A stretch of DNA of 64,000 nucleotides, from the NCBI GenBank assembly GCA_001179505.1, contig CDMY01000296.1, positions 67,349-131,348 on the forward strand. The letters run 5' to 3'. This DNA comes from Vitrella brassicaformis CCMP3155 (Eukaryota > Protista > Chromerida). Shown piece after piece: positions 26,090 through 37,543 of the stretch (its first letter is position 1; every line of letters starts with the position of its first letter). A model generated the notes under the pieces. It did no database searches, was not told the DNA's origin, and saw only the letters and a list, made by a program, of their open reading frames with translations. The position numbers and the translations under genes were made by a program.

Positions 26090-26840
26090 TTATCCTCGGC
26101 ACCCAGACGATCCCCACTGCCGCAGGCCAGGTGCAGACCCCGGGTGCGCTGGACAGCTAGCATGCCGCGTCCCGAGTTGAAGCCCTTCCCCCCCCCCTGT
26201 CCTCTGCCGAACCAACCGATCCACTGGCCGGCTGGGCTTCACGTAGGGGGCGGCGGCAAGCAGCTCCGCAGTCAGCTTCAGCCGAGGTCTGTTGTGCGAG
26301 AGCTCGTCTGCCTGCTCGTTGCGCACGTCGACGCCCTGCTTCACCAGCGAGTCCACTGCAGCGGGGGTCGCGGGCGCGTAGAGATTGAGGCTGCGCTGTT
26401 CGGCTGGGCGGGAGTAGCAGGTTCTGATAATCAGCTCATCGGTGTCCACGGCGGCGATGCTCAGGTTCCGACAAACCTCGCCCTCCCTCCGTCCCTCTTG
26501 TGTCCCCTCCACCACACAGGTGTGGGCAACCACTTCGTCGAGCCGCTGCTGTGCGTGGGTGTGCATCGCCACCAGGCCGAGTTGACCAGCAGCTGCAGGG
26601 TCGTGGGGAGGTGGGGAGCGGCGTGGTGGGGGTGGCGGCCGGTGTTCGTCAGGGAGCCAGTGGTCGTCAGGGTTGGCCATCTCCTGAGGGGATGAGGCGG
26701 GTGGGTCCAGCTCGTTGCAGATGTCATCGACCTCAGCGTCGATGACGCCGTAGCACCGGAGGACGGCAGGGAGGTGACGCAGGCCACTGCCACCAGCAAA
26801 CGCCTCGCCGCAGTCACTACCTACACACACACACACACGA

Positions 26841-26874
<34 letters not shown>

Positions 26875-27140
26875 TCGACACGCAGACGCGCACACCGACA
26901 GACGTACCGATATAGCCCAAGTCGTGGACCGAACGGCCGGGTACCCTGACGTCGCCAAGCACGTAGTGGTACGCACACCCGTCACCCAACACTGACACAT
27001 ACCGATCCATCCACTGTGTCTGTCGTTTGTGCCCTCAGGTTGTGCATCATCTCGACAAGGACGGCCAGGCCGACATCGTCTTCCCGAGTGTAGTGTGGAG
27101 GGAAATATGGGACCGGTGGGGGCTCCTGCCATGTAAGCAT
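26090..27140 (-). CDS. Hypothetical protein (three exons, no recognised domain)
   Basis: MLTWQEPPPVPYFPPHYTREDDVGLAVLVEMMHNLRAQ...DGS|VLGDGCAYHYVLGDV...GYI|GSDCGEAF... joined by GT-AG introns into the long 26090-27010 ORF. Confidence 0.5.
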
Positions 27141-27514
27141 GCTAGACGGGGTGCTCGTTCAACGTGGCGACCACATCTGCAGACAACGGAGGGCGAGAAT
27201 GCGCTTATCTTCCCACACCTCAAGCCGTTTGCATTGAAACTTACCGGCTGTCCAGCGGGTTTCGGCGAGCTGGGACAGAAAGGCGATGCATGCGCCCAAC
27301 CGGCTTTCGGGGGAAGTGTCTGCATCGCTGAAACGCTCTGCTGCAGTCGCAGATGACGACCGACCAGCCGGATCTTCGCAAGGCTCTTCGGTCTCCAGGG
27401 TTGGCGAGAAAGAGGGAGAGGGGACGAACGACCGTGGCGCTTCCCCCATGTTGGTGCCCTTCCTCTCACTCAGCGCCTCCCGCCACAACACGACCAAAGC
27501 TACCAGACAAAGCG

Positions 27515-27570
27515 CAGGGTTCGGTTTGCAGGGTTGCGCGGTAAGGGTTACAGGGTTAGGGTAGGGTTGC
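27515..27570. promoter_or_regulatory. AGGGTT/TTAGGG cluster in a divergent promoter
   Basis: Five AGGGTT copies between two divergent starts (27140 on -, 27681 on +). Confidence 0.4.
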
Positions 27571-27680
27571 GAGCTCGAGAGGGAAGGGAGAAGGGAGGGA
27601 TTCGAGGCGCTTTACGAAAGTCTGACGACCACGATAACATGCTCTGACGGCTGATATACTGTAAAACCGACCAAAACCCA

Positions 27681-28574
27681 ATGAGCGACTATCAGCCTGT
27701 GTTTCCTGTCAGTGCGGCGCATCATGATTCTCTGCAGTATCACTTCTACTTCCCCAGCACCTTCATCGCCCTGCGGCTCTTCTACACACAGTCACTGCGG
27801 CACTACTCCATGTGGTGCGCAGATCTGGCCACCGGCAGCCTCCAGGAACTTATCAACGAGCAGGACGGCGCGCAGACGAAGGCCGTCCCGTTGCGGGTGA
27901 CTGGCCGGGAGGGCCTTTCACTCAAAGCCGCCGATGAGGAAGGCAGATCCCATCAGCAGCTGACCATCGACGACAACAAGGAGCTGCATGAGATCTCTGC
28001 GACACTCACTGACGGCCGGAGCATCAAGATCAGCTTCGGCAGCGGGCCTATCCATAGCTGGATGACCGGGGACCCTGAGGAGGTCGTCATTCATCGCCCG
28101 GTGATGCCCTGCCAGCTCACCACAAACGACGGCAAGACCGAGAGCGGCTTCGGCTACTCGAAGCGCTACTCCTGGGCCTCTCCCCCAAACCACTGGTGCT
28201 ATCGCTTCGTGCACGCCCTGGTGCCGGCAGACCAACAGGCATGGCGAGAGGTCTACTGGACAGCAGACGCGCAATTCGGCGATGGCAAATACGACTACTT
28301 CAAGCGCCTGACCAACGCGGAGGGGGCGCAGCTCGAGGCGGCGGCGGACTCATATCATCAGCACTCGCGAGTGGTGGGCCTGCAGATGTCGGGCACGGAG
28401 AGGGTGGAGGTGAAGCTGACGCGCGAGGTCTGCAAGTGGCAGGCGGACATGAGGAGCGGCTCGATGAACAGCAGGATGGTGCAGCGTCTGTGTGAGTGTG
28501 AGGTCTGGGTGGACGGCCACCTCGCCCACAAGGGACTGGCGCTCAATGAGTACTGCCTGGGCACGCTGGGCTGA
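27681..28574 (+). CDS. Intronless 297-aa hypothetical protein, possibly AttH/tocopherol-cyclase-like beta fold
   Basis: Single uninterrupted ATG-TGA ORF with globular, aromatic-rich composition and no microsatellites. The segment GFGYSKRYSWASPPNHWCYRFVH resembles the GYxExNWG..P..W motif of AttH-like folds. The fold call is inference. Confidence 0.8.
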   Translation: MSDYQPVFPVSAAHHDSLQYHFYFPSTFIALRLFYTQSLRHYSMWCADLATGSLQELINEQDGAQTKAVPLRVTGREGLSLKAADEEGRSHQQLTIDDNKELHEISATLTDGRSIKISFGSGPIHSWMTGDPEEVVIHRPVMPCQLTTNDGKTESGFGYSKRYSWASPPNHWCYRFVHALVPADQQAWREVYWTADAQFGDGKYDYFKRLTNAEGAQLEAAADSYHQHSRVVGLQMSGTERVEVKLTREVCKWQADMRSGSMNSRMVQRLCECEVWVDGHLAHKGLALNEYCLGTLG

Positions 28575-29355
28575 TGCATAGATAGTGTCAGTCAATGGGC
28601 TTGTGGTGCAGTGCACCGTGTGATGTGATGTGTTGTATCGTCGGTCGGTGGTGCGATCACTTTTCATGGTCCTCAGGGAGACTGACTTTCAAAGAGGACG
28701 GCAGGCAAATCAGACATGTGTTGGATGGATCAAGCACGAGCCGTCGTCATGTCAGTCATCAATGTCTGTCATCATGTTATAAAGGCAGGCAGGCAGTGCC
28801 CATGCAATGCAATCAATACTCATTCATTCGGAAGACGACAAGCTTGGCGAACACACCATGCAGACACCGACCACATGGACACCACACCACACACCGACCA
28901 CACCACACCACATCGACACTACGTCTCATCGATTCATTCCGTCACAGCTGTCTGTCACATGAATGTGGTGGCCACCATTAGCCACACAAGCATAGCAGTA
29001 AGTAAGGCAGGCAGGCGTGTATCAATCGATCGTACGTATCAACACGGAAGAAAGTCATGTACACACGCAGTCAGCTCATACCATCCTACCACACCACACA
29101 TTAATGGCCGTAGATAGATAGATGCGCACACACACACACGCGCACACACACACGCACTCGCTCCACGACGAGACTCCGTCTGACTGATTGCTTGGCTTGG
29201 CTTGCCTGCCGCCCATCTGGCGAATTGCTCTTTTCACACATCCAATCCAATCACCCCACCCCATGCAGCACTTCTTAACGCCATTATTGCGGCATGCACA
29301 GCTGGATGGATGGATGGACATCACGGCTGGCCTCCTTGAGCTATCTTTCTATCCA

Positions 29356-29993
29356 TCAGGCTGAAAAAACGTCGGTCTGTGCAGAATTCGAACGTGCGAC
29401 GACATCACGCGAGGGCTCCTTCTCTGTCACCGGCAAAGAACTCATCGACACGTCAGAGGGCAGCGGCGCCCGGGCAAACGTCTCGCCAGTGCGACTCTTC
29501 CTCTGAAGAACACACACAGACAACACAACCAGCATGGAGGGATGCGGTCGCCGCCATGCTGTGCTGTGTCCGCCGTACCCAGGAGCAGATGAGCCATCGA
29601 ATGACCCAGAAGGCGACGAAGGAGCCGACGGTGAGGAAGACGAGAGCTGTTCTGATCGTGCAACCATCTATTGTCTCGCCCGTCGCTCCGTCAGCGTCGC
29701 CATCAGACTGTGTGTCCGATTCGTCATCCTGGGCACCAAGCGCCCTGAGCAGACCTCTCTGGGCAGTCCTAGACAAGCTGTCGTCACCGGGCTGCAACCA
29801 AAGCACGAGATCAGTGCACTGTACCTCCGCATCTGTGTGTGAGTGTGTGAGTGTGTGACCGTGTGCCTACCAGCACTGGGAAGAGGTGACAGAGCAAGAG
29901 GAAGGTGATCATCAGGACGGCCATGCCCGCCAAGAAGAAATCAGCAACGTCGGACATCTGCCGGTGCCAAGACGAAGACGCAGACGCCACCAT
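29356..29993 (-). CDS. Small hypothetical membrane protein (two hydrophobic segments)
   Basis: Exons ...FFLAGMAVLMITFLLLCHLFPVL, ...TALVFLTVGSFVAFWVIRWLICSW|RKSRTGETF...DVFSA*, with plausible splice sites. Confidence 0.45.
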
Positions 29994-30189
29994 TCTGACT
30001 GTGAAGTGCACAAACAAGGGCGAGGCTGCCTCTGGAGAAGAGAGGGGAGAGAGGGGAGAGAGGGAGGTCTTGTCTCCCCTTGCGATCCGCAGCCAGAGAG
30101 CACTGTTTGTGCTCCAGCTCTGCAGCTGGTATCAGGTCGACGAGAGACGATGGCAGACGCCTCAAGAGAGGCCAGATCTTTTGCATTGG

Positions 30190-30213
30190 CCCTAACTCCT
30201 AACCCTAAACCCT
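30190..30213. promoter_or_regulatory. Telo-box-like CCCTAACTCCTAACCCTAAACCCT in a divergent promoter
   Basis: Seen directly, between the starts at 29993 (-) and 30284 (+). Confidence 0.4.
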
Positions 30214-30283
30214 GTTGGGTGCGCACAGCTGAGGTGGGGCTGGGTTTGTTGTGCAGCAGGCCTTTGCTTCGAATCCATCCACT

Positions 30284-31190
30284 ATGATGCTCTTGGCAGC
30301 TCCCCTGGTTGTGTGCTTCATGGCTGCAGATCTTGCGGGTGAGGAAGTTCTGAGAAAGGAGAGTGGGTCAGTCACGTGCCGGAAGATCTTCCTTCCTCTC
30401 GTCTGTTTGATCGATTGTCCATCCATCAGGCGGCTTCCTTGCATCTCCGCAGAGGCACCCGCCCTTTCGCCGAACGGTGAGCGAGGGCTGCACCCACTCA
30501 CTGTCAGTCAGCAAGATCCATCAACATCTGCGCTGTTTCTGTGCGCTGGCCTGGCAGGGGTTCTCGCGCATGAGGGCCTCCCTGGAGGCCCGTCAGCAGA
30601 GGGAGGGGGAGATGGTGCAGAAGCTGACTCAGTCGCTGGGCGGTGACGTGGACCAGGAAACCGTCCGTGCGGCGCTGCAGGAGTCGGCCTACTACCTACC
30701 GCGGGCCTACCAGGTGCTGCAGAAGAAGATATTCAAGGAGCAGCTGCTGAGCGAGATGAAGGCCGGCTTCGGCACATGGAATGCCACGGACCTGCCGAGC
30801 CGGCGGCCGGAGCGGCTGGGCTACAAGGTCGACAACACCTTCATTCGCGAGGTGGAGAAGCCACGGACACAGCCACTCAAGGACTCGCACTTCAAAGGTA
30901 CAGAGGTCACCTGACCTGACTGACCAGCCAAGGGAAGGAAGGAGGGCTGCCACACGTGTGGGCAGATCAGATGGTCGTGTGCTTTTGCGCCTGTGTGTGC
31001 GCCTGTCGTAGGCGGTTCCAACCCGCTGACGGAGGGTGAGTGGTGGCTGGCTTTGCGGCCCAGCACTGAGGAGTTCGAGGCGGCGATAGCCGGGTTCGAC
31101 ACACAAAAGGCGGAAGACTGGTTGGCGCGCTACTCGGACGTCTACAACGACAAGGGCAGGCAGCAGTCCAAGAAGGTACTGGGAGCGTGA
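30284..31190 (+). CDS. Hypothetical protein with UBA/CUE-like helical motif; possible signal peptide
   Basis: LGGDVDQETVRAALQESAYYLPRAYQVL is UBA-like. Last exon GGSNPLTEGEWW...KKVLGA*. N-terminus MMLLAAPLVVCFMAA is hydrophobic. 5' exon structure uncertain. Confidence 0.6.
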
Positions 31191-31852
31191 CGTGACCACT
31201 CACTCATTGAGGGAGGGAGGGACTGGCCAGCCGAGTGTACTGAGTCACTGGGGAGCTCGCATGGCTCCCACTGGCTGGGCTGCCTGTCATGATCGTGGCT
31301 GCTTCGTCTGTGTGAAGATTTTTCACTCCATTTGTGTGGGGGTCGTGGAGAGAAGGGACCGGACCATGGAAATGACTTTTTCCAGTCGTCAAGTGAATCG
31401 TCACTTTGAAGGGACACCCAAAGCAGACAGACAACCGAATCCATCGGGTCTGTCTGGCTCATATCCCTCAGGCCGCGGCGAAGGTAGATACTCATCCATC
31501 CGTTCAGTCCACTAATTAGCGTGTGTCTTATTTATCGTGTCCTCTCTCCACAAATACTCACATCGATCGTCAGTCACGAAACCCTTCGGTGGTCCATACA
31601 CACACACACACACACACGGGCATCACACGAATGAGCTGGCATGCAGCTCACTCGCAAGCAAAATTCAGCCACGCAGTGTGTGTGAGTATAGAGGACGCAC
31701 CGACTCCCTTCCTCCCTCCCTCCCCCCCGCCTCACCTCAGAGGGCTCTGCTCGCCCTCCGGTCGACCTGGTTCACTCATACCTGCTGCTCCTGCCTGCCC
31801 TTCGCTCGCTACCCACTACACAATGCCTGGACGCACACACGATCTGTCTGCG

Positions 31853-34564
31853 CTATGTGGTGGGAGTGGCGTTGGTGCCGCCGCCGCCACCACCCTGGCC
31901 CTTCCCGCCGCCCCGATTGCCGCCGTTGCCGCCACGACCCCCGCCGCGACCAGAACCACGGCCTGCACACAGACAGAGACACCACACACCCACGAGACAA
32001 CAGAGAGTCTTACTATGCGGGAAGAGAGAGGTGCCTCACTCAACTCATTCATTCAGTGCTGTGTGTGCAGTGTACGGGGCTGTTAACATAACAGGTGACC
32101 TTACCTTGTGGTGGGTGTAGGAGCTGTGCGCCCTCCTGCGATGCGGCCATGCTGATGAGCTGCATGCCGTTCATGCCGCCAGAGGGAAGGGCGCCGGCCG
32201 GGGGGCTGGCCGTGTTGGAGGTGGGGTGGATCGACTCGGGGTTCTCCTGGTGGCCAGGATGGTGGTGCGGGTGGGGCGGTGGGGGCCGGTCCCTCTCACG
32301 ACCTTGCCCTGGTGGCCCTTGCTGCTGCCCTGGTGGCCCTTGCTGCTGCTGCTGTTGTTGGGGAATGTTGTCCCTGTCTTGCTGCTGCTTCCAGCCGCCC
32401 CGCCCCCCACCGGCTCCCCTGCCCCCCCGACCACCGCGACCACCTCTATCGGCACCTCGATCGCCGCCTCTATCATCCCGCGGGTTGGCCTGATCGAGCA
32501 AGACAACCATGAGCGGTGGACGAGGGAGGGAGGGTTCGTTCCCTTTGTGGTTTGTCGGGTGTGCGCCTACCTCGTTGTTGGGAGGCCTCTTGCCCCGCCC
32601 TCGCGGCCAGCCGCCGACCTGACGCTCCAACTGCAGCCATGCAGACAGACAGACAGAAATGAAGGGGCGGAGGGGATGGGTGAGTGTGTGTGTGTTGTGT
32701 GTGTTGGTTGTGCGTCGTCTGTTTGTTTGTTCTGTTTTAGCGGACGGACCTCTTCAAAAGACCTGCGGATGTCATCCCGCTCCCTGTCGTGCTTGTCGTA
32801 CTCCTACACACATCATACACACATGGGACACAGACATGCACCTTGGCACTCCTCCCTCCCTCCCTCGCTCTCTCTCCCCTCTCTGACCGACCGGTATGTA
32901 TTCGAAGATGGAGTCGAGAATCAGCACGGCGTCGTCAACGTTCATCCTGAGACCGACCAACATCAAACTCTTCGCATGGTCGTCGACCCTACACACACAC
33001 ACACACACAGACGGACGGACAGACCGGTCAGATCCATCCATCAAGGAATGCACCACTGCACTGCTTAGGTCGCTGTCTCTTTCCCACCCACCGACCAGAC
33101 GTTGCTGAGGTGGGCCTGTTTGGCGACGTCGACGACGTTGCGCGAGTCCCGCTCATAGAGCCAGGCCTCGCTGCCGGGGCCGGCAGGGATCTTGTACTCG
33201 TGGTAGACGTACTCCAACTCCTGACGGGCATCTGAATGAATGCACTCAGCCATCCATCAATCCATGGCACACAAGCAGAGCAGTGAATGGCATATATGGC
33301 ACCTGACGAATGTGATGTGTGGGTGTGGGTGTGTGTGTGTGTGCGCACCGGCAACCTGCTTCTTGGTGTTGCCGAAGATGCGCACGAGGCAGTGGCCGGG
33401 CTGGATGGTCACACTCTCGTCGATGCCCGGGTCGCCGGGGTACAACATCTTCACCTCAACCTGACACACACCACACCACACGCCCCCCCTACTTACTGTG
33501 CCCGAGCCCGTGTGCTGTGCTGTGCTGTGCTGTGCACTGCCTCCCTCACTGACGTCGTAAGTGGTGCAGACGCGTCGTAGGTTCTGCCCCTCCCTGCCGT
33601 AGAGGAAGTATGAGACGAGGCTCTCGTCGACCTGGAAGTCGTCCCTGACGGCGTTGCCGTAGTGCTCCCGTCGCCTGCGGACGTTGGCCATCTTGTTGCC
33701 GCGGATCTCGTGGAACAGCTGGATCTCGCGCTGGTGCTTGAAGTGCACACCGAACAGAGCTATCGCGCGGTGGATGGCCGTCTCCTCACCTGCAGGACAG
33801 GCATTCCAAACACCCCGACGCACGTGCAGGGGTGGGCAGGCTCGTGTGTTGTGTGTCGGGGTGTGTGTGGCTGACTGACCGGTGAGGATGAGGTGCGATG
33901 CGTCGTCGGCCACCTGAACGCGCAGGAGGTTGGTCTGCGATAGCACCTGCTGCAGACAGCCGCTGGAGTCCTCCACGTCCGTGTCCAACCAGGGACGAAC
34001 CTGAACACACACACACACACACACACACACGTGTCCTCTCCCTCCACTGTTTGTGTCTGTGTAGCCGCGCCACTCCCCCGCCCACCCAGACAGACAGACA
34101 GACAGGCAGACAGACAGACTGACCTTGGGGTCTATGTCCAGCTGCCTCTGTTTGATGGTGCTCTGCTCGAGTGTGGGGGCGTTGTTGAGGGGCCGCAGGA
34201 CGTCCTTCTCGAAGATCATGCTCTGGATGGTGCCCTCGAACTCGACAAAGTAGAAGTTGCCCTTGACCTGCGTCACCGTCCCCAGCCGCCAGTGCGACGA
34301 GCTGTTGTCGGTGTAGGAGATGAAGACCTCCACCTTGTCGCCCTTGTGCGGCTCCCAGTCGGCAGGGATGTCCGTCAGGCACGACGGCAGCCGCACGCTC
34401 CGCGCCGGGACGACTGCTGGCTGCATGGCGCCGTCTGGGAAGAGCACCAGGAAGCTGTTGCCGTCGGGCTGGAGGTCCTGAATCTGCGCCACGTACCACC
34501 TGTCGCACCGACCGCCCTCATCGATGTTGCACTCCACTGTCGACCCTGGCACCTCGGTCCTCAT
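31853..34564 (-). CDS. FMR1/FXR-like RNA-binding protein (tandem Agenet/Tudor, KH0, KH1, KH2, RGG boxes)
   Basis: Agenet1 WYVAQIQDL...FLVLF...VPARSVRLP; Agenet2 GDKVEVF...HWRLGTVTQVKGNFYFVEF; KH0 AIHRAIALFGVHFKHQR; KH1 FQVDESLVSYFLYGREGQNLRRV...VRIFGNTKKQV.DARQELEY; KH2 EYKIP...; RGG stretches DRGGRGGRGGRG and GRGSGRGGGRGG. Confidence 0.85.
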
Positions 34565-35011
34565 GCTGTTGCGCTGTTGTGCGATGCGTCCGTGAAGGGG
34601 GATGGCTGCGTGTGCACTGGTATGCGCGCTGATGCCTGATAGGCGCTCCGTCCTCCGAGAAAAGGACTGCAACCACTTCTTCAGGGAGAAGAGAACGCAG
34701 CTATCCTGGGGAGTGCCGCTCTGCTCCGTAAAAGTGTTCTAGCCTTTGACCGTGAGACCAACGTGAGACGAAGCCTGCTCCCCCTTTTCACTGCTGAAGA
34801 ACTCCAGAAAAGCTGCCTGTTCTTTCCAACCCGATGGCGGCATCTGTGAACGACGGAGTAGTAGGTGCAGGAAGCGACAGTCAGCCACGCAAGCGTGTGG
34901 AAAGGAAGCGTGTGCCGGGCACTTTGCGGCGTTTTATTCTTCGATCTGTGTTTGCGTGCAGCCTTTGGTGCGGGTGGAGGGCTCGACGACGACGCACCAC
35001 AGCCCCACCGG

Positions 35012-37543
35012 ATGGGCTGCCAGGAGGAGCTTCAAGAGGAAGCAGCCCCTGATGCAGCCACAGGTGCGTTGAGTGAGTGCAGACTTCACAGCATGGAGGT
35101 TGTGATAGGATTGGTGCTCTCAATGGCTCACTGCAGGCCTCGAGGTGGTGTTCCTGGTGCGCAGAGTGGAACCCAAGGTGGCCCAGGTCCGCAGGATCTC
35201 TGGCGACGGCCAACCTTTGACCATCCGTGGCGTTCCTGACCCCTTCGACCACCGCTTCCGCACAGAAGGGCGCACCATCTGCTGGGCGGTGGCGGTGGCT
35301 GTCGTGGCCCTTTTGTGGCCTTCCTGGCTGTGCCCCTCCCAGCTCTCGTCCCTCCCTGCCTGCGTTGGGTGGTTGGTCAGGGGGGTCCTGGTTCTTGTCG
35401 GCGCCTTCAATCTCGCATATGCGGGCAATGCAGCGAAGAAACTTCTGGCGGCAACGAGTTGGTACCTGGCCACAGGCCACAAAGAGGACATTGTGGTGCC
35501 CAGGACTGTTTTCCACGTCGCCATAGTCGCCGTGTATGCCGTCGACAAGTGGCTATATGCGTGGGAGGCTATCCTTCGTTCCTGGCGCCCATTGGTGTCG
35601 CGGGCTGGGCGGTGGCTGGCTGCTGGGTTGTTGGTCGTGCTGCTGGTTGTCGCCGTCGCTGCCGTCATAGTACTGGGACGACAAGCTATGCCCACATCTA
35701 CGCCCGTATCCCTGTCGGCCAATGAGTCCAGTACCATCCCCTCGCCGGCACCGCCACCCCTCCACGTGCCCCTCAGTGCCACCACTACCAAGGCCCACCA
35801 CAGTGACGAAGCAGCGACCGAACCACCCGAACAAGAATCAACACCCGGGGACGTCCCGGCTGCATCGCAGCCCCCCGCCACTCCCCAGTCCAAGCCGCAG
35901 GCTGACAAAGCTAGCGCCTTGTCCTATTCATGGAAATGGTGCAAGGTGTTATTTTGGAGCACTCTCGTCGTGGTGGCTCTGGTTTGTGGCTTGGAGAAGT
36001 ACGGCTGGCGTCCGCCCGTCGTGATGAGATCTATTCTGCCATTGTTTGTTTCGTCTGGGTGGGCGTTACGGCCGTTGTTTCCGTCTTGGTGTTTGGGACG
36101 CCGACGCAGGAGAGTGTACTCCCCCACAGACCACACAGTCCCCCCACCCAAGCAGCAACTGAGTGGGTCGCCTGGTTCACGGCAACTGGTGCTGTCGTCG
36201 GGTTGGGCCTGGTCGTCCTCGGGACTCTCATACTGGCGCTGCGTTCTGGGCTGCGTGCGTGCGGCTGGCTCCCTGCATTTGACGCATATGTGAAAAGGAC
36301 GCTCGACGAGACCAGGGGGGCGATCCTTCGCAAGCTTGATGATATCCACCGCGTGATGGTTCGCACGCGTGAGGCCATCGCTGACCGAAACGCCCAGGAA
36401 CTCATTCAGGAGGAGGAGGCCGCAAGAGAGCAACAAACACAGCGGGGCCAGCAGAGGGGGAGGACCAATAACAACAGGGGCGGCCGAGCCAACAACCAAG
36501 CGGCCGGACAGAGGAATGCTCGTCAGCAGCAGCAGCAGCAGGAGGAGGGGGGGCAGGCCCAGCGACATGTGGCGGAGGAAGAGGGGGACCGCAGAGTGCA
36601 GCCTGAAGACGAAGGCGGTGGAGCCCATGTGGATCACAGCGAGGCGACCTACAGTGGCGGCTGGCAGCGAGCCGTGTGCCAACGACGCCGCCCCAGAGGC
36701 AGCCAGTCGGTCATTCAGGACCAGCAGCCAAGAGCACAACCACCGCAGGCACAGCATCCAGGCCCGCAGGCACCATCAGGAGCAGCAGCAGCAGCAGCAG
36801 CAGCAGCGCAGCAGGCAGCACGTCCGGCAGCCAGTCGCTCGTCCGTCCCTCGCCCCTCTGCACCTCAGGGCTCTCCTGGTGCCCAGCAGGCGTTGGATGG
36901 GGCAGGAGGGAACGGTGCCGTGAGAAGCGGCCTGCCCCCGATGGTCGCTCCCGTAGGCGTGCCCAGGTATGTACGGGTGTCTGACGGACACGTGCAGTGC
37001 AGTCCTTGCTATGCTGGCGTGAACTAACTTGTTTGGTGCGTGTCGTGTCGTATGACTCTGTCTACAGGGTGAGTGAATGGCTAGGCGGTCTGTTCGGGTA
37101 CGTAAGGCCAGCAGCACACTCACTCACGTACATAATGGATGCATCCAGGTGTGCTGTGCCTCTCTGTGTGTGTGTGTATGTGTGAGCTGTCTTTCCTTCA
37201 TTCCTCGCTTCAGGCCGTCCACCGACACGATCTGCACCGTCTGCCTGGACAACCCAAGGGTCATCAAGTTCATGCCGTGCAGGCATTTCCTGACGTGTGC
37301 CAAGTGCTATGACCAGCTGCAGAAGCACCATGAGGAGGAGAAGGCGCAGGGGCGGCAGCAGAGCGAGAGGCCCGTTTGTCCCGTCTGCCGCAGGTCAGTG
37401 ACTCAGTCAGTCAGCCAACCCTTGACGCGCAACGAGACGCGCGCACTCGTGTGTGGCCTTCCTTCTGCATTGTGTGCAGTGAGATCCACTTTGCTGGGAC
37501 GGAGATGGAGGTCAAGAAATGGGCTGAGATGAAGTTCACCTAG
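35012..37543 (+). CDS. Multi-pass membrane RING-HC E3 ligase-like protein with an internal -1 frame break near 36005-36030
   Basis: TM-rich ORF 35145-36293 overlaps TM/coiled-coil/Gln-rich ORF 35930-37027. The latter splices at 36966 into the RING exon CTVCLDNPRVIKFMPCRHFLTCAKC...CPVCR; final exon ends MKFT*. The start may lie at 34834. Confidence 0.7.
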
